A DNA stretch of 63,999 nt, from the IMG/VR virus record IMGVR_UViG_3300022871_000016, positions 1 to 63,999 of that record. One strand, written 5' to 3'. Below are positions 9,536-19,454 of the stretch, one piece after another. This stretch comes from a virus. Lineage: Duplodnaviria; Caudoviricetes. How positions within the stretch are numbered: the stretch's first letter is position 1; every line of letters begins with the position of its first letter. The translations under genes and the position numbers were made by a program. The notes under the pieces are model-generated. The model was not told the origin of the DNA and searched no databases. It worked only from the letters and a program-made list of their open reading frames with translations.

Positions 9536-9660
9536 TTATACCGTTACGAGTATTGTAAAAAAAAGCCCTTGACACGAAAAAAAGCAATGTTATAATGGAT
9601 TTTCAATAACATTCTATTAAAAATCATTTGCTTTGATTCGCAATACTCGTAACGGTATAA
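9536..9660 (+). promoter_or_regulatory. Sigma70-type promoter of the replication operon enclosed by a perfect 20-bp inverted repeat
   Basis: TTGACA 9569-9574, 16-bp spacer, TGn-TATAAT 9591-9596; arms at 9536-9555 and 9641-9660. Confidence 0.85.
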
Positions 9661-9675
9661 ACAAGGAGTTTTCAT

Positions 9676-11283
9676 ATGTTTGTATCTGTAAATAATGATT
9701 CGGCAATCGTAAAATGCCTGTTTGAAGAAAAAGAATTAGTCAAATCAATCGGAGAATATAAGTTTCATAAAGCAACCTCTTCGTGGGTATTCCCAAAAAG
9801 AAAATTAATAGATATAATAGAGCATCTAAATATTCAATACGATTTAGATACTAAGATTATATACCAACAATTACGCAACGAGAAACAAAAGTACCACGAA
9901 AAAGTTAACCTCGCTAATAAAATAAAAATAAATGATTGCTTGATTGATAAGTTAGGTAAAACTGATTTATCAATGTGCTATCAGCATCAAAAGAAAGCTA
10001 TTGCTCTTGCTGCTATGTTTGATAGCTACGCTTTGTTTATGGATCCGGGGCTCGGCAAAACATTAACAGCTATAAAACTAATAGAGCATTGGAAGTTACC
10101 GGCAATCATCATTGCGCCTTTATCTACATTAGAGAGTGTATGGGTAGCAGAAATAAATAAATGGAGTAATCTCAGGTCAATTGTGCTATGGAATAATTTG
10201 AAAGAGTGGAACAATGATTACGATGTATATATTATAAATTTTGAAGGGTTTAAAAAACTATCAAAGATAAAGAAACCGTCTATTGAGAACAAAATAAGTT
10301 GTTTAATAATAGATGAGAGCGCTAAAATAAAATCACACTCATCAGCGATAACTAAAACTATTCTTGACTATAAAAATAAAATAAAACATAGAATATGTTT
10401 AAGCGGTATTCCAGCGCCTAATAATTTATTAGAGTATTGGGGTCAAATGGCGTTTGTTAATGATGAGCTACTTAGTGATAATTTTTATAAATATAGAAAT
10501 AGTTTCTTTTACTCAACAGGTTACGGAGGTTATCTTTACCGCACAATGAGTGGAGCCAAAGAGGCAATAATGGATAGAATATCAAGACAAGCATTCTCTT
10601 TACAAAAAGAAGATGCATTAGATTTACCAGAACAAATATTTGAAACTAGATTAGTCTATATGGATAAGGTGCAAGAGAAAGCATATGAATCAATGAAGAA
10701 AGAGAATGTTTTAGAATTTAAAGATAGTATTACTCTAGCCGCTAATGAATTATCAAAGATATGTAAGCTTAGAGAGATAACAGGAGGATTCGTAATAAAT
10801 ATAAATGGGATTCCTGTTAAAGTAAGTGATTCAAAAATTAAAGTATTAACTGAAACAATAAACTCAATACCTAAAAATAAACAAATAATAATATGGATAC
10901 AATACCATTGGGAATCAGCAGAGCTAAAGCTCTTATTAGGAGATGATGCTGTATTATTAAACGGCACAATACCTCAGAAAGAAAAGATTAAAAATATACA
11001 AGACTTTCAAGCAGGGAAAAAACGTTTCTTAATAGCTCATCCGAAATCAGGAGGGCATGGATTAAATCTCCAACAGTGTAGTTATTCTATTTGGTATTCG
11101 TTATCTTATAGTTATGAGGAATACGTCCAAGCGTGCGACAGATGCCACAGGATTGGTCAAAAATATAATACTACATACTTTCAACTACTTGCTAAGAACT
11201 CTATTGATGAAGTGATATATAAGGCATTAAAAACCAAACAGAACCTATCAGAATCATGTTTAAACATGTTAAAGGGGCAATAA
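9676..11283 (+). CDS. SNF2-family helicase
   Basis: MDPGLGKT, IIDES, LSGIPAPN, SGGHGLNLQ and QACDRCHRIGQ motifs. Confidence 0.95.
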   Translation: MFVSVNNDSAIVKCLFEEKELVKSIGEYKFHKATSSWVFPKRKLIDIIEHLNIQYDLDTKIIYQQLRNEKQKYHEKVNLANKIKINDCLIDKLGKTDLSMCYQHQKKAIALAAMFDSYALFMDPGLGKTLTAIKLIEHWKLPAIIIAPLSTLESVWVAEINKWSNLRSIVLWNNLKEWNNDYDVYIINFEGFKKLSKIKKPSIENKISCLIIDESAKIKSHSSAITKTILDYKNKIKHRICLSGIPAPNNLLEYWGQMAFVNDELLSDNFYKYRNSFFYSTGYGGYLYRTMSGAKEAIMDRISRQAFSLQKEDALDLPEQIFETRLVYMDKVQEKAYESMKKENVLEFKDSITLAANELSKICKLREITGGFVININGIPVKVSDSKIKVLTETINSIPKNKQIIIWIQYHWESAELKLLLGDDAVLLNGTIPQKEKIKNIQDFQAGKKRFLIAHPKSGGHGLNLQQCSYSIWYSLSYSYEEYVQACDRCHRIGQKYNTTYFQLLAKNSIDEVIYKALKTKQNLSESCLNMLKGQ

Positions 11284-11443
11284 TGAATAAAGGAACTAAG
11301 TGCCGTAAATGTGGAAAGAAAGAGGAAAATTTACCAACTCCATTAAATAGTCATGGTTTGTGCAATGATTGTTATAATTCTTTTTTGCCTTACTTTAGAG
11401 AAGCAATGAAAAAGTTTATAGCAAGTAAAAAAAGGAGGTAAGT

Positions 11444-11761
11444 ATGGATGCAGAATATTTTCATAAATTATATAAAAACATGGTAGAAGAAGAGATCAAG
11501 GTTAGCTCAGAAAAAGGTAAAGAATATACTCAAGGCGATAAATTAGATAATTTTAAAAGATTAGGTAAAGAATTAAACATAGATGCAAAGTTAGTATTAT
11601 GGGTATATCTCAAAAAACATTTAGATTCTATTTGCAGTTATATCAGAAACAATCAAACTTTTTCAGAAGAGCCAATTGAAAGTAGGATTAAAGATGCAAG
11701 AGTATATCTAGCATTGTTAAGAGGGTTGATCGAAGATGAAGAAATGAGAGATGGATTATGA
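11444..11761 (+). CDS. DUF1599/Nmad-like all-alpha nucleotide pyrophosphatase-related protein
   Basis: KGKEY...DNFKR...KHLDSI...EPIESRIKDARVYL pattern. Confidence 0.6.
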   Translation: MDAEYFHKLYKNMVEEEIKVSSEKGKEYTQGDKLDNFKRLGKELNIDAKLVLWVYLKKHLDSICSYIRNNQTFSEEPIESRIKDARVYLALLRGLIEDEEMRDGL

Positions 11762-12075
11762 GTGAAAGAAAATTATATCAAAAGTTTAAGGATAAGATAG
11801 CGAAAGCAGACCCTAATTGCTTTTGGTATAAAATACCAGATACACTCAATCTCGGAAATAAAAAACCATTTGACGGTTTCTTAGTTATCAAAGGAGTTCC
11901 ATTCGCTATTGAATTCAAGAGTGCTGACGGTGCATTAACTTTATATCAAAGTTATCAAATGACAGCGTTCATGATTGCCGGTGGAGAATCATTATTATAT
12001 ATTGATAAACAAGAAACATTGAATGAGTTTATTGATAAGATAATGACAATAATAAAGGAGAAATATAATGGATAA
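11758..12075 (+). CDS. PD-(D/E)xK nuclease (RecU/VRR-NUC-like resolvase)
   Basis: YKIPD...KPFDGFL...AIEFK...LTLYQ. Confidence 0.8.
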   Translation: MSERKLYQKFKDKIAKADPNCFWYKIPDTLNLGNKKPFDGFLVIKGVPFAIEFKSADGALTLYQSYQMTAFMIAGGESLLYIDKQETLNEFIDKIMTIIKEKYNG

Positions 12076-12277
12076 GCTATTTCTTTTTTTGTGTATATTG
12101 GTATGTTTATTATTAAGTGTAGTTTTCATGTGGCTTATTTTAGGTTGCGCTCCTATGCATAAGCCATATGAAAATTATAGAGTAATTGAGATTAAGAAAG
12201 ATAATTTAGAACATAAAATATATTGTTTGGAACAAGGTTTTGATATGAGATTAGTGTGGAATGAAAAAATAAAATAA
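12068..12277 (+). CDS. Small putative lipoprotein
   Basis: Hydrophobic N-terminus ending in lipobox ILGC. Confidence 0.55.
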   Translation: MDKLFLFLCILVCLLLSVVFMWLILGCAPMHKPYENYRVIEIKKDNLEHKIYCLEQGFDMRLVWNEKIK

Positions 12278-12292
12278 AGGAGGTGAGGAAAA

Positions 12293-12493
12293 ATGAGAAT
12301 CTATGTTCTATCTGCTACGTACGAGAATATGACAACAACGTTGCCAATACCAGCAAGAGATAACTTTAGCGCAAAAGTAGCTGCATCGCGGAAAATTAAC
12401 GCTAGTTATGTTTCTGATAAGCGTTATGCAAAAGGGGAGATTACGCTCAAGAATCAAGAAGGAAAAGCAATCTGGACAATATCAAAAGAATAG
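12293..12493 (+). CDS. Hypothetical protein
   Basis: Strong RBS. Confidence 0.6.
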   Translation: MRIYVLSATYENMTTTLPIPARDNFSAKVAASRKINASYVSDKRYAKGEITLKNQEGKAIWTISKE

Positions 12494-12511
12494 TTTTAGG
12501 AGGTGAGTTGA

Positions 12512-12913
12512 ATGAATGAAACAGAGTTACTTCAGTTAGTCCTTGATGCTAGAACAAGAGAAAAAGAATTTACTGTACTCTTGTCAGATGCAAAAAAGGT
12601 GAAACAAGAAGCGGAATTAGCTCTAATAGAGTATATGGAGAACAGAGATTTAAAGTCATTTAAAAGCAATACTTTGAATTGTTCTGCTGTCCGAAAAGAA
12701 ACGCTCTATGTTAGTGTTGACAAAGATAAAAAAGAAGAAGCTTTAAGGTGGATTGCTGAGGATTGCGGCAGGTCAGATATGATTAAGTCAGCTATACATA
12801 ATAAAACCTTATCTTCCTTTATCTCTGGTCTACTAAAAGAAGGAGAGCAAATTCCGGATGATCTATTTAAATATTTCTTTAAACCAGAGTTAGCCATAAC
12901 ATTAATGAAGTAA
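12512..12913 (+). CDS. Conserved replication-module protein
   Basis: Coiled-coil N-terminus and IHNKTLSSF motif; sits next to the SSB-like gene. Confidence 0.6.
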   Translation: MNETELLQLVLDARTREKEFTVLLSDAKKVKQEAELALIEYMENRDLKSFKSNTLNCSAVRKETLYVSVDKDKKEEALRWIAEDCGRSDMIKSAIHNKTLSSFISGLLKEGEQIPDDLFKYFFKPELAITLMK

Positions 12914-12926
12914 AAAGGAGGGTAAG

Positions 12927-13673
12927 ATGAGTGAAGAAAAAAAGAATGAAGTAACATCTAACGAATCACAGAATCTCGAATTAAGAGTATCAGGAGGAAC
13001 AGACAAATCACACGTTCCGGCAGGTTTTGAGGCAATGGACGAAGGAGATATTAAAATAGCTCGGCTTGGGCTTGCTCAAGGATTATCTCAAGTATGCGTT
13101 GATGGAAACGCAAAAATGGGAGAGTTATTTAATAACTTAACTGATGAAGTGTTTGGTGATGAATTAGAAATAATTCCTTTGTTCATGTTTAAAACCAGAG
13201 CTCAATTTGATCTTGAGCGCGGGCTTGTAATGATGTCTAGAGATAACATTAAAGTAACAATGGCTATTGAGGAATATGAGCAATTTTTAGATAAACCTGT
13301 TGAAGAGGTTCCCGGTTCAGCTTGGGAAGGAAAAGAGCCACCTAAATTCTCGCAGGTTTACAATTTTCCTTGCATACTTGTTGATAGACTACAACAATTC
13401 CCACTCTCATTGTCGATGATGAAAACAGCAATTAAAACAGCGAAAACATTCCTTTCAATGGCGAGGTATTCTGGCGAAGATATGTTTGCTAGAGTATATA
13501 ATCTTTCCTCAAAGATTGAAAAAGGAACAAAAGGAACTTATGCAGTACCTATTATTAAATTCGTTAGGAGATGCACAAACGAAGAATATGATACTGCAAA
13601 AAAGATGTTTGATTCGCTTTATAGACGTAAAGCTGACATTGACGTTGAGTTGACAGAAGAAAACTCTGAGTAA
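12927..13673 (+). CDS. Putative ssDNA-binding/annealing protein
   Basis: GFEAMDEGDIKIARLGLAQGLS start, beta-rich core, acidic C-terminal tail; lies before the primase. Confidence 0.6.
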   Translation: MSEEKKNEVTSNESQNLELRVSGGTDKSHVPAGFEAMDEGDIKIARLGLAQGLSQVCVDGNAKMGELFNNLTDEVFGDELEIIPLFMFKTRAQFDLERGLVMMSRDNIKVTMAIEEYEQFLDKPVEEVPGSAWEGKEPPKFSQVYNFPCILVDRLQQFPLSLSMMKTAIKTAKTFLSMARYSGEDMFARVYNLSSKIEKGTKGTYAVPIIKFVRRCTNEEYDTAKKMFDSLYRRKADIDVELTEENSE

Positions 13674-13687
13674 TCCATCTTTTCCAA

Positions 13688-13713
13688 CCGGCGTTAGAGC
13701 AATCTAGCGCCGG
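13688..13713 (+). terminator. Intergenic GNRA hairpin (weak terminator or processing site)
   Basis: ccggcgttaga-gcaa-tctagcgccgg with a poor U tract. Confidence 0.45.
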
Positions 13714-13746
13714 CGTATTATTAATAATTATAATTTAGGAGATAAA

Positions 13747-16392
13747 ATGAATGACATTAAACAATTTTCTGAACTCTTTTCCGGAAGAGATGATGCCTAT
13801 GGGCGAAATAATTTCTGTCTAAAAGAAAAGCTAACATTAGAAATATATAAAAAACATATAGACGGAATGCAAAGAATGGGTATATATCCTATTTACAATA
13901 AAGAGTTTGTTAATTGGATTGCAGTAGATTTAGATGAGAATAACTTCGAGAAAGCATTAGCAATAAAACAAAAATTAGAAGAGTTAAGATTAAATATTTA
14001 TATTGAAAGAAGTAAGAGTAAAGGATTTCATATCTGGTGTTTCTTCAATGAAAAAATTGAAGCTATAAAGCCAAGATTAGTTTTTGAAAATATATTGAGT
14101 GAGATGGGTATTATCTGCGAAATCTTTCCTAAGCAAGACAGCGTTAATGAAGCTCATCCTTTTGGAAACTACATTAACCTCCCTTTGTTCGGTGGAGATG
14201 CCGGGAATGATAGAACAATTTTTGTAGATGATGATAATAAAACATTTATAAATAATATTAAAGACCTTTCTAAAATTAAAAAAACAGATATTACTCTAAT
14301 AAAAATAACTATTATTGGAAAAAGTTTAGGAAGAAAAAAAGTAACAATGCTAGATACAGGATCCGATAATAAACATTATATCCCAAGCAAAGAGTTACCT
14401 TGCATACATAAAATAAAAGAAGGAGTTTCTAAAGGTCATCGAGATAATGCCTGTTTCAGATTAGCTATAAATTATAAAGAAAAAGGAATGTCAGAGAATG
14501 ATATTCAAACTCTAATAGCAGGCTGGAACGAGAGAAATACACCACCTCTACCTGAAAGAGTTCTAATTAAAATAATAAACTCTGTCTTTAAAGGTGGTTA
14601 TAAAAGCTATGGTTGTGATGATGCGATAATCCAAAATTATTGTGATAAAACAACTTGCCCTCTAACAAGCTCACAGATGAGAAAAGAGCAAATAGATAAA
14701 GGCATCATTACTATGATTTTTAGAGATAAAGAAATAATGGTATTTAGAAAGAAAGATTATGAGTTTAGATTAGCTAACTTTGAATTTATGAAATCTGGAA
14801 ATTTTAAAGTATCTCTTACATTAAGCAAATCAGGAAAAATATTATTTAAAGATTCTATTAAATTAAGTATGGCATCTAATAGAGCAAGATTTGTTAAAGC
14901 ATCACAAGAGGACGAGATAGATTCTGATTTAATTAAATTAGAGGATCTAGTTAAAAAGCAATTAGAAAAAGAAGAGCATGATAAATTAACTGCACCTAAG
15001 CAATTATATATAATGACAGAAGGTGAAAAGAATGAAGCAATAAAATTCCTTACGGAGAATAAAAATGTTTTATATAATGTCATTTCTTTAACAAATAAAA
15101 TGGGTGTTGTTGGAGAAGAAATAATGAGGCTAATGGTTTATTTATGTTATACGTCAAGAATAACAAAAGAGCCATTATCAATAACAGTCAAAGGTGAAGC
15201 TTCTAGTGGTAAATCTTTTTCGTGTCAATGTATCCAAAGGCTTATACCGGAAGAAGGTTATCATTTCATTACGAGAGCAACGCAAAATGCTTTCTTCCAT
15301 TTACCCGAGGACGGAATGCAAAACAGAATTATATTTATCAATGAGCTTCCCGGCTCAGAAGCGGCTGATTATTCTATAAGAACCGCGCAATCAGAAGGCG
15401 ATTTAATTTTAATGATGCCTGTTAAGGATCAACACTCTGGTCAAATGGAAACTATAACAAAGAAAGTTAAAGGACCTGTAGGATTTCTTATCACAACTAC
15501 CAAAGCGCAGATGTTTGATGAAAATGAAACTAGAAACTTTTCAGTATTTAGTGATGATTCTCCACAGTTAACACAAGCAATAGGTGATATAACTATTCGT
15601 AAGGCAATGGGAGAAACATTTAAGTTAGATGAAAAAGAATTAAATCTCTGGAAAAATATACAACGTTTACTTAATCCAGATTTCAAGATAATTATTCCAT
15701 ACGCAAAAGAGGTATTTTCTGTGTTCCCTGATAAACCTGTAAGAATAAGAAGAGATAGGGAAAGATTTAGAGTGCTAATTGAAATAGTGACAATACTACA
15801 CCAATTCCATAGAGAACAAAAAAAGCAACCTGACGGAACAATACATTTAATCTCTACATTAGCAGATTATTTTGTAGCTAAAACAGTAGCGGAATCTATA
15901 TTGACATATACTATATATGAAATAGGCCCATCAGCAGAACAGCTTTGGAAAGCAATTAAAACAATGAGTGATAATTGGAAGCCAGAAGAAGATGAAAGTT
16001 ATGAGAATGAGTTTATTTTTAAATATAAAGATATTGCTGAATATATGGATTGGAAAGTAGATAAGGTTAAGAAATGGATGTATGTTTTAATGAGGGCAAA
16101 TCTTATTGAGTATTCTGAAAAAGGTGCAGGCGGTAGAGGTAAAGCTTCACAATTTAGAATATCTAGACGAGGATTAGAGTGGTCAAGTTCTACATTAGGA
16201 TTTCTACCTAAGATAGAAGATATATATAGTAAGTTTCCTTGTGATAAAGATACATTTTATAATGCAATAACTGGTTCAATAATAAATCCAGAAGTTGCAG
16301 ATGCTCCTGAAGGATTGATCGACAATGAGGGTGAGAGTGTAGAAGCTGTAGAGGATGATGAGAGTGTTTCAAAGGAGTTAATTGAGGGTTAA
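13747..16392 (+). CDS. AEP (TOTE-type) primase + PriCT + P-loop ATPase/helicase replication protein
   Basis: WIAVDLDE, ERSKSKGFHIWCFF, EIFPKQD, GNYINLPL; GHRDNACF...WNERNTPPL; Walker A GEASSGKS. Confidence 0.88.
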   Translation: MNDIKQFSELFSGRDDAYGRNNFCLKEKLTLEIYKKHIDGMQRMGIYPIYNKEFVNWIAVDLDENNFEKALAIKQKLEELRLNIYIERSKSKGFHIWCFFNEKIEAIKPRLVFENILSEMGIICEIFPKQDSVNEAHPFGNYINLPLFGGDAGNDRTIFVDDDNKTFINNIKDLSKIKKTDITLIKITIIGKSLGRKKVTMLDTGSDNKHYIPSKELPCIHKIKEGVSKGHRDNACFRLAINYKEKGMSENDIQTLIAGWNERNTPPLPERVLIKIINSVFKGGYKSYGCDDAIIQNYCDKTTCPLTSSQMRKEQIDKGIITMIFRDKEIMVFRKKDYEFRLANFEFMKSGNFKVSLTLSKSGKILFKDSIKLSMASNRARFVKASQEDEIDSDLIKLEDLVKKQLEKEEHDKLTAPKQLYIMTEGEKNEAIKFLTENKNVLYNVISLTNKMGVVGEEIMRLMVYLCYTSRITKEPLSITVKGEASSGKSFSCQCIQRLIPEEGYHFITRATQNAFFHLPEDGMQNRIIFINELPGSEAADYSIRTAQSEGDLILMMPVKDQHSGQMETITKKVKGPVGFLITTTKAQMFDENETRNFSVFSDDSPQLTQAIGDITIRKAMGETFKLDEKELNLWKNIQRLLNPDFKIIIPYAKEVFSVFPDKPVRIRRDRERFRVLIEIVTILHQFHREQKKQPDGTIHLISTLADYFVAKTVAESILTYTIYEIGPSAEQLWKAIKTMSDNWKPEEDESYENEFIFKYKDIAEYMDWKVDKVKKWMYVLMRANLIEYSEKGAGGRGKASQFRISRRGLEWSSSTLGFLPKIEDIYSKFPCDKDTFYNAITGSIINPEVADAPEGLIDNEGESVEAVEDDESVSKELIEG

Positions 16393-16735
16393 AAGCGTTC
16401 AGCATAGATTTTTGGGGGTGCGTAACGGTATAACGGTTTATTTTTTTCCGTTTTCAATAAAATCAATAGTTTTTTTGATTTTGCTAAACCGTTACAGCAT
16501 TACGTTTCCGCACGAACAAACTATTTTTCCATATATCCTTACCCTTAAAAACACCTTTTTCAAGTTCAATATTTATGAAAAAACGGTTATTTCGTGCGGG
16601 ATTGTAACGGTATAACGGTTTAGGAAATTTACATAAGTGTTTGATACCAAAAGAAAATGCAGTTTTGCTAAACCGTTACGCGTTACGCGGAAATCGCTGA
16701 TTTGAGGGTAAAACAGCATTTTTACCCTCAAAAAT
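16393..16735. promoter_or_regulatory. Putative replication origin with two head-to-head pairs of ~20-bp boxes and further inverted repeats
   Basis: CGTAACGGTATAACGGTTTA at 16421 and a near-identical copy at 16603; inverted variants at 16485 and 16669; ccgcacgaa/ttcgtgcgg at 16508/16591; hairpin at about 16701-16733. Confidence 0.7.
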
Positions 16736-16831
16736 GTTACATCAAAAAAATGCTACATTTGAAGGAAATTTTGAACAAAGAAAAAAACCTAGCATGGAAC
16801 GATTGCTGAACAAATAAAAAGGAATTGTAAA

Positions 16832-17227
16832 ATGAAAATGATAAGAATAAAAGATAAGGCTTACAAATATTTAAAACATATCTCTAAAGTAAGAGATGAA
16901 ACTATGCCGGAATCATTTGAGTATATTATTGATGTATTTCAACAGATACCCAAGCACGCTATTATTCCGTTATCTAATGAACCCAATGCGCCATATATGA
17001 CGTGTAAAGTAGCATTCTATGAACAAAATAAGCATAAGCTAGAAGAACATCAAAGAAAGTTTTTTGAAAGCGCAAAATCCCATATGACAATATTTTTTAA
17101 AGAACGGAAAAAAGAATTAATGGTTTTTAAAGCAACATATGCTCTAACAAAAAAATCAAATTTAAAAGATATGATTAAAAAATACAACAAAGAATATTAT
17201 GTAAAACGAAAGGAAAAATTACAATGA
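16832..17227 (+). CDS. Hypothetical protein with an RHH-like N-terminus
   Basis: MKMIRIKDKAYKYLK...ETMPESFEYII. Confidence 0.5.
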   Translation: MKMIRIKDKAYKYLKHISKVRDETMPESFEYIIDVFQQIPKHAIIPLSNEPNAPYMTCKVAFYEQNKHKLEEHQRKFFESAKSHMTIFFKERKKELMVFKATYALTKKSNLKDMIKKYNKEYYVKRKEKLQ

Positions 17228-17508
17228 ATAAAATAGCGGAGTTTAAAAAAGCATATGAAAGGTTTTCTAAAGCATTAAAGTATATCTCTGAAAACGAGAG
17301 TGATTTAAAAGCAGACCAAAAGAAATGGAAAAATGTAATAAATAATTTCCAAACAAAGTTTGAGGATCCTCTAGAAGCTTCATGGAATTCTTTATCTCCG
17401 ACAGAAAAAAGAAGGTTTGAATCTCTATATCTTCATAGAAAAGCAATGCAGAATGAATTAGTAAAAAAAATAGTAGAGATGTTTAACGGAACAGTAGTCA
17501 ATGATTAG
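17224..17508 (+). CDS. Hypothetical protein
   Basis: ATGA overlap with the upstream gene. Confidence 0.6.
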   Translation: MNKIAEFKKAYERFSKALKYISENESDLKADQKKWKNVINNFQTKFEDPLEASWNSLSPTEKRRFESLYLHRKAMQNELVKKIVEMFNGTVVND

Positions 17509-17658
17509 TAAATATAATTGTAAAGATTGTTTATATAGCTCATATGTTTTATTTAAAAAACTATTCTCAAACAAAAGATATTATTGCAAAAAGAAAAAGA
17601 TATTTATTAAATACACCAAACATAATTGGTGTTTAGATTATAAGCGAAGGAGGTAAAT

Positions 17659-18696
17659 TTGGTAATTAAGGGCGATGCGTTGACAGTATTAAGAACTTTT
17701 AAAAGCGAAAGCATAAATTGTATTATTACATCTCCGCCTTATTGGGGATTAAGAGATTATGGAACAGCTACGTGGAAAGGAGGCAATAAAAACTGCACTC
17801 ATGCAAATGCAAAGAAAAAAAGTAGGTATGATTACTCATTAAAATCAAGCCCGATACAAGACGGAAATAGAAAAGGAACAGATGCGCCGAGGTGGAAAAA
17901 TATTTGCCCTGATTGCGGCGCGAAAAAAATAGATTTCCAATTAGGATTAGAACCAACATTCCACGAATATGTAATGAGGCTATGCGGAATATTTGATGAG
18001 GCTAAAAGAGTATTAAAAAGAGATGGTACTTGTTGGGTTAATTTAGGAGATACTTATTCAATTAAAAAAGGTAAAGTATTTTTACCAAGTAAATGCCTAT
18101 GCCAAATTCCCTCTCGCTTTGCAATAGAAATGTGCAATCGAGGGTGGATACTCCGGAATGAAATTATTTGGTATAAGCCAAACTGTATGCCGTCAAGTAT
18201 TAAAGATAGGTTTACAGTAGATTTTGAGAAGATGTTTTTCTTCGTTAAGAATAAGAAGTATCGATTTGAAACTCAGTATGAACCAATGTCAGAAACTACA
18301 ATAAACGATAGTCGATTCGGAAAAGAAGTAAAAACAGAAAATACTAAAGATTTTATGAAAGCAAATATGGGAAATAAATCTAAAGACCCTGCTCAAACAA
18401 GAAGAAGTTTCAAAAATCTAATAAATAAACCCGGTCGCAACAAACGAACAGTATGGAAAATAACAACTAAGCCATTTAAAGAAGCTCACTTTGCTGTATT
18501 TCCTGAAGAACTTATAGAAACACCGATTAAAGCTGGATGTCCTATAGGAGGAACTGTTTTAGATATATTTTGTGGCTCAGGAACAACAGGAGTAGTAGCA
18601 GAAAAATTTAGTAGAAAATTTATCGGAATAGAATTAAATCCGAATTATATAAAGATTGCAAATAAAAGAATAGATCAAGAAAGGAGATTATTTTAA
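17659..18696 (+). CDS. DNA N4-C/N6-A methyltransferase (beta class)
   Basis: TSPPYWGLRDY precedes HFAVFPEEL and VLDIFCGSGTTG. Confidence 0.95.
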   Translation: MVIKGDALTVLRTFKSESINCIITSPPYWGLRDYGTATWKGGNKNCTHANAKKKSRYDYSLKSSPIQDGNRKGTDAPRWKNICPDCGAKKIDFQLGLEPTFHEYVMRLCGIFDEAKRVLKRDGTCWVNLGDTYSIKKGKVFLPSKCLCQIPSRFAIEMCNRGWILRNEIIWYKPNCMPSSIKDRFTVDFEKMFFFVKNKKYRFETQYEPMSETTINDSRFGKEVKTENTKDFMKANMGNKSKDPAQTRRSFKNLINKPGRNKRTVWKITTKPFKEAHFAVFPEELIETPIKAGCPIGGTVLDIFCGSGTTGVVAEKFSRKFIGIELNPNYIKIANKRIDQERRLF

Positions 18697-18844
18697 TGGC
18701 TAGAAGAAAAGATATAAACCTATTGAGAAGGAAAAACCAAACTCATTGTAAGTGTGGAAAGCAACTAAACAGCTACAATAAATATGCTCTATGCCACGCT
18801 TGTTTGGCGGTATCAATAAGAAATGATAATAATTTGTGTAGGAA

Positions 18845-19057
18845 ATGAGTTATTTTAAATGCCCAAAATGCAAGAAGATAATCAAGCGAGATGGAAGGAC
18901 TAAATTGGTTAAAGGGAGAAAGTCTTTAATAAGCTATTGTGAAGAAACTGGGAAAGATGTTAGATGTAAAAAAATTGATAATAATTTGTGTAACACGAGA
19001 AGTTTATTCTTGAGCAAATACGCAATATGCGGAAGGAGCAAAAATGAAATTATATGA
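18845..19057 (+). CDS. Small Cys-rich protein
   Basis: CPKC motif; weak RBS. Confidence 0.45.
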   Translation: MSYFKCPKCKKIIKRDGRTKLVKGRKSLISYCEETGKDVRCKKIDNNLCNTRSLFLSKYAICGRSKNEII

Positions 19058-19332
19058 ATGGGAATTTAAGTTATTTGAAAGAGATGGCATTTGCCAAGTA
19101 AACATGAAGTTAAGCACGACGATTAAGAGTAAAGACTATATGAAATTGCAAGAAGGTATTACGCAACTTGTTCAACAAACTGAATTAAAAAAGGAGGGTA
19201 TTTAAATGTATAAACTAAAAGAAAAACATAAAAAGTTAATCCCAGCTCATAACAAATATTGGATTGACAATGCCTTGTCTACTAGAAGGATAAAGGAAGA
19301 AGAAAAAAGGGTTGTGGATTAAGAAAATAATG

Positions 19333-19436
19333 GGTCGGTGTGGCGTTTGGGAAACGCTGAATTGGTTTAAATGGTTAAGAGTGTGAACCACCAGTAAGAC
19401 ACACATCAAAGCAGGTTAAATTCCTGCCACCGACCT
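19333..19436 (+). tRNA. Degenerate tRNA-like RNA, probably derived from tRNA-Leu(UAA), with an expanded anticodon region
   Basis: Acceptor GGTCGGTG/CACCGACC, D arm GCGT-TTGGGAA-ACGC, T arm GCAGG-TTAAATT-CCTGC; atypical centre of about 52 nt. Confidence 0.6.
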
Positions 19437-19454
19437 TTAAATAAGGAGGGATGT

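Noticed and set aside
9536-9660. Invertase-driven promoter flipping
   Set aside because: No recombinase is recognisable and the arms match the origin boxes, so operator sites are the simpler reading. Inversion is not formally excluded.
16382-16615. 77-aa ORF across the putative origin
   Set aside because: It runs through the repeat boxes, lacks protein-like features and is better explained as non-coding.
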